64,000 nucleotides of DNA from Escherichia coli (lineage in GTDB: Bacteria; Pseudomonadota; Gammaproteobacteria; Enterobacterales; Enterobacteriaceae). The position numbers and the translations under genes were made by a program. How positions within the stretch are numbered: the stretch's first letter is position 1; every line of letters starts with the position of its first letter. The notes under the pieces were generated by a model that saw nothing but the letters and a program-made list of their open reading frames with translations, ran no database searches and was not told where the DNA came from. This document shows, one piece after another, positions 14,243-26,023 of this stretch. Location of the stretch: assembly GCF_003018255.1 (NCBI RefSeq), contig NZ_CP027440.1; one strand, given 5' to 3'.

Positions 14243-14981
14243 TGCTTCCTCCGCATACCGGGCAACCACTGGCGCGGCGCAACGCCAGGTTGCGCCACTG
14301 GCTCGATTTACCGTCGAACAGTCGGAGTTCTCCCGCAGGCGTCTCTATACCGCTTAATAACTTAATGGCTTCCAGTGCCTGTAAAGTGCCCATAACCCCG
14401 ACCACCGGGCCAACCACGCCCGCCGTGCGGCAGTTGCGTTCAGGCTCCTGGTTATCTGGCCACAGGCAGCGGTAACACCCCTGCTCCCAGGGCGGCGTCA
14501 GTACCATCAACTGACCGCCAAATCCGACCGCGCTGGCGGTGATAAGCGGCGTGTTGAGTGCCACGCAGGCGGCATTAATCTCCTGACGAGTCGCCATATT
14601 GTCGGTACAGTCGAGCACCACATCGGCCCGTGCTACCGCATCTTTTAACGCCTCACCCGTTAACCGTTGTTGTAATGCTGTCAGTTGAATATCGGGATTC
14701 AACTGTGTCAGTCGCTGATGGCTGACCTGCGATTTCGGGCGATCGATATCTTCAGTGGTAAAGAGGATTTGTCGTTGCAGATTGCTTAAATGCACATCGT
14801 CGTCATCTGCCAGTACCAGCGTCCCGACGCCAGCGCCCGCCAGGTATAGCGCAGCAGGTGTACCCAGCCCGCCAAGACCGATAATCAGCACCTGGCTGTC
14901 GAGCAGTTTTTGCTGCCCGTCAAGAGCGATATCGTCGAGCAGGATTTGGCGGCTATAACGCATAAAGTCACGGTCATTCAT
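14226..14981 (-). CDS. thiF: ThiS adenylyltransferase
   Basis: 251-aa product from [12 protein letters not shown]; E1-like nucleotide-binding motif GLGGLG. Confidence 0.93.
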   Translation of the reverse strand: MNDRDFMRYSRQILLDDIALDGQQKLLDSQVLIIGLGGLGTPAALYLAGAGVGTLVLADDDDVHLSNLQRQILFTTEDIDRPKSQVSHQRLTQLNPDIQLTALQQRLTGEALKDAVARADVVLDCTDNMATRQEINAACVALNTPLITASAVGFGGQLMVLTPPWEQGCYRCLWPDNQEPERNCRTAGVVGPVVGVMGTLQALEAIKLLSGIETPAGELRLFDGKSSQWRNLALRRASGCPVCGGSNADPV

Positions 14982-15608
14982 CGCCAACTCCTGCAATTTC
15001 CAGCAACTGTGCCGTTGCCAAACGCCAGTCTGCGGCTTGAGTAATGGCGCTTACGACGGCGATGCTGCCGACACCCGTTGCTATCACCGCAGGCGCGCGC
15101 GCCAGACTGATACCGCCAATCGCCACGGTGGGATAATCCGCCAGGCGCTCAACATGCCGTGCCAGCTGTTCCAGCCCCTGCGGTGCAGAAGGCATCTGTT
15201 TGGTTTGCGTCGGGAACACATGTCCCAGCGCGATATAAGAGGGGCGTGCTGCCAGCGCGACGTCGATCTCCATATCGTCATGGGTCGAAACGCCCAGTCG
15301 CAGACCTGCCGCGCGGATGGCGCTGAGATCGGTGGCTTGCAAATCTTCCTGCCCCAGATGGACGCCATATGCCTGATGCTTGATCGCCAGCCGCCAGTAA
15401 TCGTTGATAAACAATCGCGCGTTATAGCGGCGGCCCAGCGCAATTGCCGCCACGACATCGGCTTCCACCTCTTCATCGCGTCGATCTTTGATGCGTAGCT
15501 GGAGAGTACGTACGCCTGCATCCAACAGACGTTCGATCCACTGTACGCTGTCCACCACCGGGTACAGTCCTAAACGAAAGGGTACAGGAGGAAAATCTGG
15601 CTGATACA

Positions 15609-15609
<1 letters not shown>
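14974..15609 (-). CDS. thiE: Thiamine-phosphate synthase
   Basis: 211-aa product from MYQPDFPP; start codon overlaps thiC stop. Confidence 0.95.
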
Positions 15610-17507
<1,898 letters not shown>

Positions 17508-17584
17508 TCATTCCAAAAAGTTAAGGACGTGGCTTGTCAGACGACGGATGAAGCAAGAGACGATCGCCGCAAAGGCGATGCGAT

Positions 17585-17700
17585 AGCAGATTAACTCTTG
17601 TTCCCTTCGCAGGTATTAGCCTGATCAGGTTCCGCGGATCCCGAATAAACGGTCTCAGCCAGTTAAGGCACTCCGACAAGAAATTAGCCCCACAAACGGG
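17585..17700 (-). promoter_or_regulatory. TPP (THI-box) riboswitch in thiC leader
   Basis: Minus-strand RNA contains conserved THI-element motifs (cugaga ... accugaucaggcuaauaccugcgaagggaac) immediately upstream of thiC. Confidence 0.7.
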
Positions 17701-17736
17701 GCGTTGAATGTAAATTACGCGTTAACAGCGCAGAAC

Positions 17737-18213
17737 TCAAGCAGGATGTTTGACGCGGGCGGCGTCAAGTACCAGCAGAATCAACTTATCTTCCAGCACA
17801 AAGCGTGCTTCCAGCGCCTCGCCGATGTCAGATAAAACCTGTTGAAACTCAAGGTAATTATCATGATCGATGGCGGTTTCCAGGCTGGAATCGTAGTAAT
17901 CCATAATCTGTTGGGTATTGGCTTCGAGTTGCGGCCAAATCTTCGCGGCGCGCGCGAGTTGCCCGTTGCCTTCCAGCTTATGAAGAATGCGCTCATAAAT
18001 ACTGAAATGTCCGGCAGACAAGTAATCGACCAGGCTCTGACAAAAATCATCAAGGGCTTTTTCGTTTAGCCTCATGTACGATTCTTTGCCAGGCTTAATG
18101 CCAACCAGATTGTAGTAAGCCACGAGCAGATGCTTACGTACATGTAGCCAGCGATCAACCAGTTTGTTACTTCCTCTGACGCGTTCCGTCAGGTTATCGA
18201 GCTGGTTAAGCAT
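17737..18213 (-). CDS. rsd: Regulator of sigma D (anti-sigma-70)
   Basis: 158-aa ORF recognised as Rsd; synteny. Confidence 0.95.
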   Translation of the reverse strand: MLNQLDNLTERVRGSNKLVDRWLHVRKHLLVAYYNLVGIKPGKESYMRLNEKALDDFCQSLVDYLSAGHFSIYERILHKLEGNGQLARAAKIWPQLEANTQQIMDYYDSSLETAIDHDNYLEFQQVLSDIGEALEARFVLEDKLILLVLDAARVKHPA

Positions 18214-18307
18214 GATTGACTCCGCAAGTTTGTATTCAAAAACTGCTCAGTGAGAAATGTAAAAACCATGTTAAACATGCCAGTGATGCAAAGGTAGTGC
18301 AAGAGCT

Positions 18308-19081
18308 ATGGATCGTATAATTGAAAAATTAGATCACGGCTGGTGGGTCGTCAGCCATGAACAAAAATTATGGTTGCCGAAGGGAGAATTGCCATATGGC
18401 GAAGCGGCAAATTTCGATCTTGTGGGTCAGCGCGCACTACAAATCGGCGAATGGCAAGGGGAACCTGTTTGGTTAGTACAACAGCAGCGGCGTCACGATA
18501 TGGGGTCGGTACGTCAGGTCATTGATCTCGATGTAGGGCTGTTTCAACTGGCCGGACGTGGCGTGCAACTGGCGGAGTTTTACCGATCGCATAAATACTG
18601 TGGTTACTGCGGGCATGAAATGTATCCAAGCAAAACCGAATGGGCGATGCTGTGCAGCCATTGCCGTGAGCGTTACTACCCGCAAATCGCCCCCTGCATT
18701 ATTGTTGCCATCCGTCGCGATGATTCGATCCTCCTCGCCCAGCATACCCGCCATCGTAACGGTGTCCATACAGTACTTGCCGGATTCGTCGAAGTGGGTG
18801 AACCCCTCGAGCAGGCAGTCGCGCGGGAAGTGATGGAAGAGAGCGGAATTAAAGTTAAAAACTTGCGTTACGTGACCTCCCAACCGTGGCCGTTTCCTCA
18901 GTCGTTAATGACCGCGTTTATGGCGGAATATGACAGCGGCGACATCGTTATCGACCCGAAAGAATTGCTCGAGGCGAACTGGTATCGCTATGACGATTTG
19001 CCGTTACTCCCGCCGCCCGGCACCGTAGCGCGCCGTCTGATAGAAGATACGGTGGCGATGTGTCGGGCAGAGTATGAGTGA
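18308..19081 (+). CDS. nudC: NADH pyrophosphatase (Nudix hydrolase)
   Basis: 257-aa ORF with C4 zinc cluster (CGYCG...CSHC) and Nudix box ([22 protein letters not shown]). Confidence 0.95.
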   Translation: MDRIIEKLDHGWWVVSHEQKLWLPKGELPYGEAANFDLVGQRALQIGEWQGEPVWLVQQQRRHDMGSVRQVIDLDVGLFQLAGRGVQLAEFYRSHKYCGYCGHEMYPSKTEWAMLCSHCRERYYPQIAPCIIVAIRRDDSILLAQHTRHRNGVHTVLAGFVEVGEPLEQAVAREVMEESGIKVKNLRYVTSQPWPFPQSLMTAFMAEYDSGDIVIDPKELLEANWYRYDDLPLLPPPGTVARRLIEDTVAMCRAEYE

Positions 19082-19120
19082 TGATACACTGACCGCCTGA
19101 CGCACTAAGGAACAGCCAAA

Positions 19121-20185
19121 ATGACCGAACTTAAAAACGATCGTTATCTGCGGGCGCTGCTGCGCCAGCCCGTTGATGTCACTCCAGTATGGATGATGCG
19201 CCAGGCGGGTCGCTATCTACCGGAATATAAAGCCACGCGCGCCCAGGCGGGCGATTTTATGTCGCTGTGCAAAAATGCCGAGCTGGCGTGCGAAGTGACT
19301 TTGCAACCGCTGCGTCGCTATCCGCTGGATGCGGCGATCCTCTTTTCCGATATCCTCACCGTGCCAGACGCGATGGGTTTAGGGCTCTATTTTGAAGCCG
19401 GAGAAGGTCCGCGTTTTACCTCACCAGTCACCTGCAAGGCCGACGTCGATAAACTGCCAATTCCGGACCCGGAAGATGAGCTGGGTTACGTGATGAACGC
19501 GGTGCGTACCATTCGTCGCGAACTGAAAGGCGAAGTGCCGCTGATTGGTTTTTCCGGCAGCCCGTGGACGCTGGCGACCTATATGGTGGAAGGCGGCAGC
19601 AGCAAAGCGTTCACCGTGATCAAAAAAATGATGTATGCCGATCCACAGGCGCTGCACGCGCTACTCGATAAACTGGCGAAAAGCGTCACTTTGTATCTGA
19701 ATGCGCAGATTAAAGCCGGTGCTCAGGCTGTGATGATTTTCGACACCTGGGGCGGCGTGCTTACCGGGCGCGATTATCAACAGTTCTCGCTCTATTACAT
19801 GCATAAAATTGTTGATGGTTTACTGCGTGAAAACGACGGTCGCCGCGTACCGGTCACGCTGTTTACCAAAGGCGGCGGACAGTGGCTGGAAGCCATGGCA
19901 GAAACCGGTTGCGATGCGCTGGGCCTCGACTGGACAACGGACATCGCCGATGCACGCCGCCGCGTGGGCAATAAAGTCGCGTTGCAGGGCAATATGGATC
20001 CGTCGATGCTGTACGCGCCGCCTGCCCGCATTGAAGAAGAAGTAGCGACTATACTTGCAGGTTTCGGTCACGGTGAAGGTCATGTCTTTAACCTTGGTCA
20101 CGGCATTCATCAGGATGTGCCGCCAGAACATGCTGGCGTGTTTGTGGAGGCAGTGCATCGCCTGTCTGCGCCTTATCATCTGTAA
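19121..20185 (+). CDS. hemE: Uroporphyrinogen decarboxylase
   Basis: 354-aa ORF recognised as HemE. Confidence 0.97.
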   Translation: MTELKNDRYLRALLRQPVDVTPVWMMRQAGRYLPEYKATRAQAGDFMSLCKNAELACEVTLQPLRRYPLDAAILFSDILTVPDAMGLGLYFEAGEGPRFTSPVTCKADVDKLPIPDPEDELGYVMNAVRTIRRELKGEVPLIGFSGSPWTLATYMVEGGSSKAFTVIKKMMYADPQALHALLDKLAKSVTLYLNAQIKAGAQAVMIFDTWGGVLTGRDYQQFSLYYMHKIVDGLLRENDGRRVPVTLFTKGGGQWLEAMAETGCDALGLDWTTDIADARRRVGNKVALQGNMDPSMLYAPPARIEEEVATILAGFGHGEGHVFNLGHGIHQDVPPEHAGVFVEAVHRLSAPYHL

Positions 20186-20194
20186 GGAGTGGTT

Positions 20195-20866
20195 ATGGAT
20201 CTCGCGTCATTACGCGCTCAACAAATCGAACTGGCTTCTTCTGTGATCCGCGAGGATCGACTCGATAAAGATCCACCGGATCTGATCGCCGGAGCCGATG
20301 TCGGATTTGAGCAGGGCGGAGAAGTGACGCGAGCGGCGATGGTGCTGCTGAAATACCCCTCGCTTGAGCTGGTGGAGTATAAAGTGGCCCGCATCGCCAC
20401 CACCATGCCTTACATTCCTGGTTTTCTCTCCTTTCGTGAATATCCTGCGCTGCTGGCAGCGTGGGAGATGCTGTCACAAAAGCCGGATTTAGTGTTTGTC
20501 GATGGTCATGGGATCTCGCATCCTCGCCGTCTTGGCGTCGCCAGCCATTTTGGTTTGCTGGTGGATGTGCCGACCATTGGCGTAGCGAAAAAACGGCTCT
20601 GCGGTAAATTCGAACCGCTCTCCAGCGAACCGGGCGCGCTGGCCCCGCTGATGGATAAAGGCGAGCAGCTGGCCTGGGTCTGGCGCAGCAAAGCGCGCTG
20701 TAACCCATTGTTTATCGCTACCGGCCATCGGGTCAGCGTGGACAGCGCGCTGGCGTGGGTACAACGCTGCATGAAAGGCTATCGTCTGCCGGAGCCAACG
20801 CGCTGGGCGGACGCGGTGGCCTCGGAACGTCCGGCGTTCGTGCGCTATACAGCAAATCAGCCCTAA
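20195..20866 (+). CDS. nfi: Endonuclease V
   Basis: 223-aa product from [10 protein letters not shown]; internal start of the 225-aa ORF in the track. Confidence 0.95.
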
Positions 20867-20908
20867 TTCAGGTAAACTGCGGATAATTTCCGTATTTGAG
20901 AACTCAAC

Positions 20909-21499
20909 ATGTTACAAAACCCAATTCATCTGCGTCTGGAGCGCCTGGAAAGCTGGCAGCACGTCACTTTTATGGCCTGCTTATGCGAACGTATGTACCC
21001 CAATTACGCCGTATTCTGTCAGCAAACCGGCTTCGGCGATGGGCAGATTTACCGCCGCATTCTCGATCTCATTTGGGAAACGCTGACCGTCAAAGACGCA
21101 AAAGTAAATTTCGACAGCCAACTGGAGAAATTTGAAGAAGCGATTCCTTCAGCCGACGATTTCGATCTGTACGGCGTTTATCCGGCAATCGATGCTTGCG
21201 TGGCGTTAAGTGAACTGGTCCATTCGCGTTTAAGTGGCGAAACGCTCGAACACGCGGTGGAAGTGAGTAAGACTTCCATCACGACCGTGGCGATGCTGGA
21301 AATGACTCAGGCTGGTCGCGAAATGAGCGATGAAGAGCTCAAAGAAAACCCAGCTGTAGAGCAAGAATGGGACATTCAGTGGGAAATATTCCGACTTTTA
21401 GCTGAGTGCGAAGAACGCGATATCGAGCTGATAAAAGGCCTTAGGGCAGACCTGCGTGAGGCGGGTGAGAGCAATATTGGTATAATTTTTCAGCAATAA
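20909..21499 (+). CDS. yjaG: DUF416 family protein YjaG
   Basis: 196-aa ORF at the position of yjaG upstream of hupA. Confidence 0.9.
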   Translation: MLQNPIHLRLERLESWQHVTFMACLCERMYPNYAVFCQQTGFGDGQIYRRILDLIWETLTVKDAKVNFDSQLEKFEEAIPSADDFDLYGVYPAIDACVALSELVHSRLSGETLEHAVEVSKTSITTVAMLEMTQAGREMSDEELKENPAVEQEWDIQWEIFRLLAECEERDIELIKGLRADLREAGESNIGIIFQQ

Positions 21500-21685
21500 G
21501 ACCAGAAAACGTGATTTAACGCCTGATTTGTCGTACCTGGAGTCTTCCCTTTCGCCCCCCGTCTGGTCTACATTTGGGGGGCGAAAAAAAGTGGCTATCG
21601 GTGCGTGTATGCAGGAGAGTGCTATTCTGGCATTTCCGTCGCACTCGATGCTTAGCAAGCGATAAACACATTGTAAGGATAACTT

Positions 21686-21958
21686 ATGAACAAGACTCAA
21701 CTGATTGATGTAATTGCAGAGAAAGCAGAACTGTCCAAAACCCAGGCTAAAGCTGCTCTGGAGTCCACTCTGGCTGCAATTACTGAGTCTCTGAAAGAAG
21801 GCGATGCTGTACAACTGGTTGGTTTCGGTACCTTCAAAGTGAACCACCGCGCTGAGCGTACTGGCCGCAACCCGCAGACCGGTAAAGAAATCAAAATTGC
21901 CGCAGCTAACGTACCGGCATTTGTTTCTGGCAAGGCACTGAAAGACGCAGTTAAGTAA
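21686..21958 (+). CDS. hupA: DNA-binding protein HU-alpha
   Basis: 90-aa ORF recognised as HU-alpha ([26 protein letters not shown]...). Confidence 0.97.
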
Positions 21959-21964
21959 GATTGC

Positions 21965-22666
21965 GTGGCAGTGAACAGTTTTAACGAAGGGGTGGTTTCA
22001 CCCCTTTTGTCTTTCTGGCGTCGATCATTGATGCTGGCTGGCGCTCTGTTTCTCACTGCTTGTAGTCACAACTCTTCACTTCCTCCCTTTACCGCCAGTG
22101 GATTTGCTGAAGACCAGGGCGCGGTACGCATCTGGCGAAAAGACAGCGGCGATAATGTGCATCTTCTTGCCGTGTTTAGCCCGTGGCGCAGTGGCGATAC
22201 GACGACGCGAGAGTATCGCTGGCAGGGCGATAACCTCACGCTCATCAATATCAATGTTTACAGCAAACCCCCGGTGAATATTCGCGCGCGTTTTGACGAT
22301 CGCGGCGATCTGAGCTTTATGCAACGCGAATCCGATGGGGAAAAGCAGCAGCTTTCTAACGACCAAATCGATTTATACCGTTATCGTGCTGATCAGATCC
22401 GCCAGATTAGCGATGCCTTACGTCAGGGGAGAGTCGTGCTGCGCCAGGGGCGCTGGCATGCGATGGAGCAGACTGTGACCACCTGCGAAGGGCAAACCAT
22501 TAAACCTGATTTAGATTCGCAGGCGATAGCGCATATCGAGCGCCGCCAGAGCCGCTCTTCTGTTGATGTCAGCGTGGCATGGCTGGAAGCGCCCGAAGGT
22601 TCGCAATTACTGTTGGTGGCAAACTCTGATTTCTGTCGCTGGCAACCCAACGAGAAAACGTTCTGA
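21965..22666 (+). CDS. yjaH: Putative lipoprotein YjaH (start codon uncertain; GTG at 21965 or 21971)
   Basis: ORF with signal peptide and lipobox (LFLTAC) at the position of yjaH. Confidence 0.85.
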   Translation: MAVNSFNEGVVSPLLSFWRRSLMLAGALFLTACSHNSSLPPFTASGFAEDQGAVRIWRKDSGDNVHLLAVFSPWRSGDTTTREYRWQGDNLTLININVYSKPPVNIRARFDDRGDLSFMQRESDGEKQQLSNDQIDLYRYRADQIRQISDALRQGRVVLRQGRWHAMEQTVTTCEGQTIKPDLDSQAIAHIERRQSRSSVDVSVAWLEAPEGSQLLLVANSDFCRWQPNEKTF

Positions 22667-22667
22667 T

Positions 22668-23087
22668 TTACCAGTGGTCCATACCCATATGACCGCCACC
22701 ACCGCAGCCGCCGTAACCCATTCCGGTACCGCGCGGAATACCCGCTTCAGCCATCGCAATATCTCGTTTCACCCGTAACTCATCTAACGACTGACGCAAA
22801 TTCTCCATCTCTTTGGCGACCGCGTTAATTTTGCTGCTATCCGGTGGGTTCGCGGCTAACAGGGCATTGTATTCATAACGCTTTGTTACCAGTTGCTGTT
22901 GCAGTGCGCTGCTTTGAGCGTAAAAGTCATTATGGATTTTCTGCCACGCTGTCTGTTGTTCGCTGGTCAAAGGCGCGGCATTTTGCTGCCACATACCGTG
23001 TCCGCCGTGAGCAAATGCCGATGTCGATCCCATCGCCATTGCTGAAAGCGCCATCATTACCAGGGCAATTTTCGTGTTCCGTTTCAT
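22668..23087 (-). CDS. zraP: Zinc-resistance-associated periplasmic protein ZraP
   Basis: 139-aa product from MKRNTKIALVMMALS (signal peptide) with Gly/His/Met-rich C-terminus; internal start of the 186-aa ORF in the track. Confidence 0.9.
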   Translation of the reverse strand: MKRNTKIALVMMALSAMAMGSTSAFAHGGHGMWQQNAAPLTSEQQTAWQKIHNDFYAQSSALQQQLVTKRYEYNALLAANPPDSSKINAVAKEMENLRQSLDELRVKRDIAMAEAGIPRGTGMGYGGCGGGGHMGMDHW

Positions 23088-23122
23088 GGTTAATCCTCCA
23101 GTGGTTGTCTTACTTCGGGTAT

Positions 23123-23138
23123 TGCATCTTCCGTGCCA
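23123..23138 (-). promoter_or_regulatory. Sigma-54 promoter for zraP (minus-strand tggcac-N5-atgca)
   Basis: Minus-strand sequence ttggcacggaagatgcaat fits the -24 GG / -12 GC consensus. Confidence 0.5.
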
Positions 23139-23170
23139 ACGATGAAACGCTGATATGACGGGTAATCTGG

Positions 23171-23216
23171 CATGATAAACGAGTAAAAATGACTCGCCTG
23201 CTGCGGGTAGCGAGTC
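23171..23216. promoter_or_regulatory. ZraR enhancer: perfect 17-bp inverted repeat gagtaaaaatgactcgc / gcgagtcatttttactc
   Basis: Palindrome read directly; lies between divergent zraP and zraS sigma-54 promoters. Confidence 0.55.
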
Positions 23217-23277
23217 ATTTTTACTCATTGAAACTTAAGCCTTTGTGTTACAGCGCAGGGTAAGCGCTGATAAAAGA

Positions 23278-23292
23278 TGGCATGATTTCTGC
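23278..23292 (+). promoter_or_regulatory. Sigma-54 promoter for zraSR (tggcat-N4-ttctgc)
   Basis: Near-consensus -24/-12 element about 30 bp upstream of zraS start. Confidence 0.45.
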
Positions 23293-23324
23293 TGTCAGAA
23301 AGGGATGAGCAGGCAAAGAAGAAG

Positions 23325-24701
23325 ATGCGTTTTATGCAACGTTCTAAAGACTCCTTAGCTAAATGGTTAAGCGCGATCCTCCCCGTGGTCATTGTTGGGC
23401 TGGTGGGGCTGTTTGCGGTGACAGTGATTCGCGATTACGGGCGCGAGACTGCAGCCGCCAGACAAACGCTGCTGGAAAAAGGCAGTGTACTTATCCGTGC
23501 TCTCGAATCCGGCTCGCGCGTCGGCATGGGGATGCGCATGCATCATGCGCAGCAGCAGGCATTACTGGAAGAAATGGCCGGGCAGCCTGGTGTACGTTGG
23601 TTTGCGGTCACGGATGAACAAGGAACAATCGTGATGCATAGCAACTCCGGCATGGTGGGAAAACAGCTTTATTCCCCGCAGGAAATGCAGCAGTTACATC
23701 CGGGAGATGAAGAAGCGTGGCGGCGGATCGATAGCGCAGACGGCGAGCCTGTTCTGGAAATTTATCGCCAGTTTCAACCGATGTTTGCTGCTGGAATGCA
23801 CCGGATGCGCCATATGCAGCAGTATGCCGCGACACCACAAGCAATTTTTATCGCTTTCGACGCCAGTAACATTGTGAGTGCCGAAGATCGTGAGCAGAGA
23901 AACACCCTGATTATCCTCTTCGCCCTGGCGACGGTCTTGCTGGCAAGCGTGTTGTCATTCTTCTGGTATCGCCGATATCTGCGCTCGGGCCAGCTGTTGC
24001 AGGATGAAATGAAGCGCAAAGAGAAGCTGGTGGCACTGGGGCATCTTGCGGCAGGCGTTGCCCACGAAATCCGTAACCCACTTTCCTCGATTAAAGGGCT
24101 GGCGAAATACTTTGCCGAACGCGCGCCAGCAGGGGGAGAAGCGCATCAACTGGCGCAGGTGATGGCGAAAGAAGCCGACCGTTTAAACCGCGTGGTAAGC
24201 GAGTTGCTGGAACTGGTTAAGCCAACGCATCTGGCTTTGCAGGCGGTGGATCTCAACACGCTGATTAACCACTCATTACAGCTGGTAAGCCAGGATGCAA
24301 ACAGCCGGGAGATCCAGTTACGCTTTACCGCCAACGACACATTACCGGAAATTCAGGCCGATCCGGACAGGCTGACTCAGGTCCTGTTGAATCTCTATCT
24401 CAATGCTATTCAGGCGATTGGTCAGCATGGCGTGATTAGCGTGACGGCCAGCGAAAGCGGCACGGGTGTGAAAATCAGCGTTACCGACAGCGGTAAGGGA
24501 ATTGCGGCGGATCAGCTTGAAGCCATCTTCACCCCGTATTTCACCACGAAGGCCGAAGGCACCGGACTGGGGCTGGCGGTCGTGCATAATATTGTTGAAC
24601 AACACGGTGGTACAATTCAGGTCGCAAGCCAGGTGGGAAAAGGCGCAACGTTCACCCTCTGGCTTCCGGTCACTATTACGCGTAAGGACCCACAAGGATG
24701 A
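23325..24701 (+). CDS. zraS: Sensor histidine kinase ZraS
   Basis: 458-aa ORF with H-box (HEIRNPLSSIKG) and ATPase motifs; overlaps zraR start by 4 bp. Confidence 0.93.
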   Translation: MRFMQRSKDSLAKWLSAILPVVIVGLVGLFAVTVIRDYGRETAAARQTLLEKGSVLIRALESGSRVGMGMRMHHAQQQALLEEMAGQPGVRWFAVTDEQGTIVMHSNSGMVGKQLYSPQEMQQLHPGDEEAWRRIDSADGEPVLEIYRQFQPMFAAGMHRMRHMQQYAATPQAIFIAFDASNIVSAEDREQRNTLIILFALATVLLASVLSFFWYRRYLRSGQLLQDEMKRKEKLVALGHLAAGVAHEIRNPLSSIKGLAKYFAERAPAGGEAHQLAQVMAKEADRLNRVVSELLELVKPTHLALQAVDLNTLINHSLQLVSQDANSREIQLRFTANDTLPEIQADPDRLTQVLLNLYLNAIQAIGQHGVISVTASESGTGVKISVTDSGKGIAADQLEAIFTPYFTTKAEGTGLGLAVVHNIVEQHGGTIQVASQVGKGATFTLWLPVTITRKDPQG

Positions 24702-26023
24702 CGCACGATAATATCGATATTCTGGTGGTGGATGATGACATTAGCCACTGCACTATTTTGCAGGCTTTGCTGCGCGGCTGGGGCTATAACGTCGCGCTGG
24801 CGAACAGCGGGCGACAGGCGCTGGAGCAGGTGCGGGAACAGGTTTTTGATCTTGTGCTTTGCGATGTGCGAATGGCGGAGATGGACGGCATTGCCACGCT
24901 AAAAGAGATCAAAGCGCTAAATCCGGCGATTCCGGTACTGATTATGACCGCATACTCCAGCGTCGAGACGGCGGTAGAGGCACTGAAAACCGGGGCGCTG
25001 GATTATCTCATCAAGCCGCTGGATTTCGATAACCTGCAGGCGACGCTGGAAAAGGCGCTCGCACATACGCACAGTGTTGACGCTGAAACGCCTGCGGTGT
25101 CTGCCAGCCAGTTCGGTATGGTAGGTAAAAGCCCGGCGATGCAACACCTGCTCAGTGAAATCGCCCTCGTCGCGCCATCGGAAGCCACAGTGCTGATCCA
25201 CGGCGATTCCGGCACCGGTAAAGAGCTGGTCGCAAGGGCGATTCACGCCAGTAGCGCACGGAGTGAAAAACCACTGGTAACGCTCAACTGTGCGGCACTC
25301 AACGAATCCTTGCTGGAATCTGAATTGTTCGGTCACGAAAAAGGGGCGTTTACCGGAGCCGATAAACGCCGGGAAGGGCGCTTTGTTGAGGCGGACGGCG
25401 GCACGCTGTTTCTCGATGAAATTGGCGATATCTCGCCGATGATGCAGGTTCGTCTGCTGCGTGCGATTCAGGAGCGCGAAGTTCAGCGTGTCGGCAGCAA
25501 CCAGACCATCTCGGTTGATGTCCGGCTGATTGCGGCGACTCATCGCGATCTTGCCGCAGAGGTGAATGCCGGGCGTTTTCGCCAGGATCTCTACTATCGC
25601 CTGAACGTGGTGGCGATTGAAGTTCCGTCGCTGCGTCAGCGGCGGGAAGATATTCCTCTGCTGGCAAACCATTTTCTTCAGCGCTTTGCCGAGCGTAATC
25701 GTAAGGCGGTAAAAGGTTTTACGCCCCAGGCGATGGATCTGCTGATTCACTACGACTGGCCGGGAAATATTCGTGAACTGGAAAACACGGTGGAACGGGC
25801 GGTGGTGCTGCTGACCGGGGAATATATTTCCGAACGCGAGCTGCCGCTGGCGATTGCGAGTACGCCGATCCCGCTGGTACAAAGTCAGGATATTCAGCCG
25901 CTGGTGGAAGTCGAAAAAGAGGTGATTCTGGCGGCGCTGGAGAAAACGGGCGGCAACAAAACCGAAGCCGCCCGCCAGTTAGGGATCACGCGCAAAACGC
26001 TATTGGCAAAACTGTCGCGTTAG
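24698..26023 (+). CDS. zraR: Sigma-54-dependent response regulator ZraR
   Basis: 441-aa ORF with receiver domain, AAA+ Walker A (GDSGTGKE), GAFTGA motif and C-terminal HTH. Confidence 0.95.
   Translation: MTHDNIDILVVDDDISHCTILQALLRGWGYNVALANSGRQALEQVREQVFDLVLCDVRMAEMDGIATLKEIKALNPAIPVLIMTAYSSVETAVEALKTGALDYLIKPLDFDNLQATLEKALAHTHSVDAETPAVSASQFGMVGKSPAMQHLLSEIALVAPSEATVLIHGDSGTGKELVARAIHASSARSEKPLVTLNCAALNESLLESELFGHEKGAFTGADKRREGRFVEADGGTLFLDEIGDISPMMQVRLLRAIQEREVQRVGSNQTISVDVRLIAATHRDLAAEVNAGRFRQDLYYRLNVVAIEVPSLRQRREDIPLLANHFLQRFAERNRKAVKGFTPQAMDLLIHYDWPGNIRELENTVERAVVLLTGEYISERELPLAIASTPIPLVQSQDIQPLVEVEKEVILAALEKTGGNKTEAARQLGITRKTLLAKLSR

Noticed and set aside
21500-21685. Possibility of a small RNA gene between yjaG and hupA
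   Set aside because: Only evidence is a GC hairpin and the hupA promoter region; no promoter-plus-terminator pair defining an independent transcript could be identified
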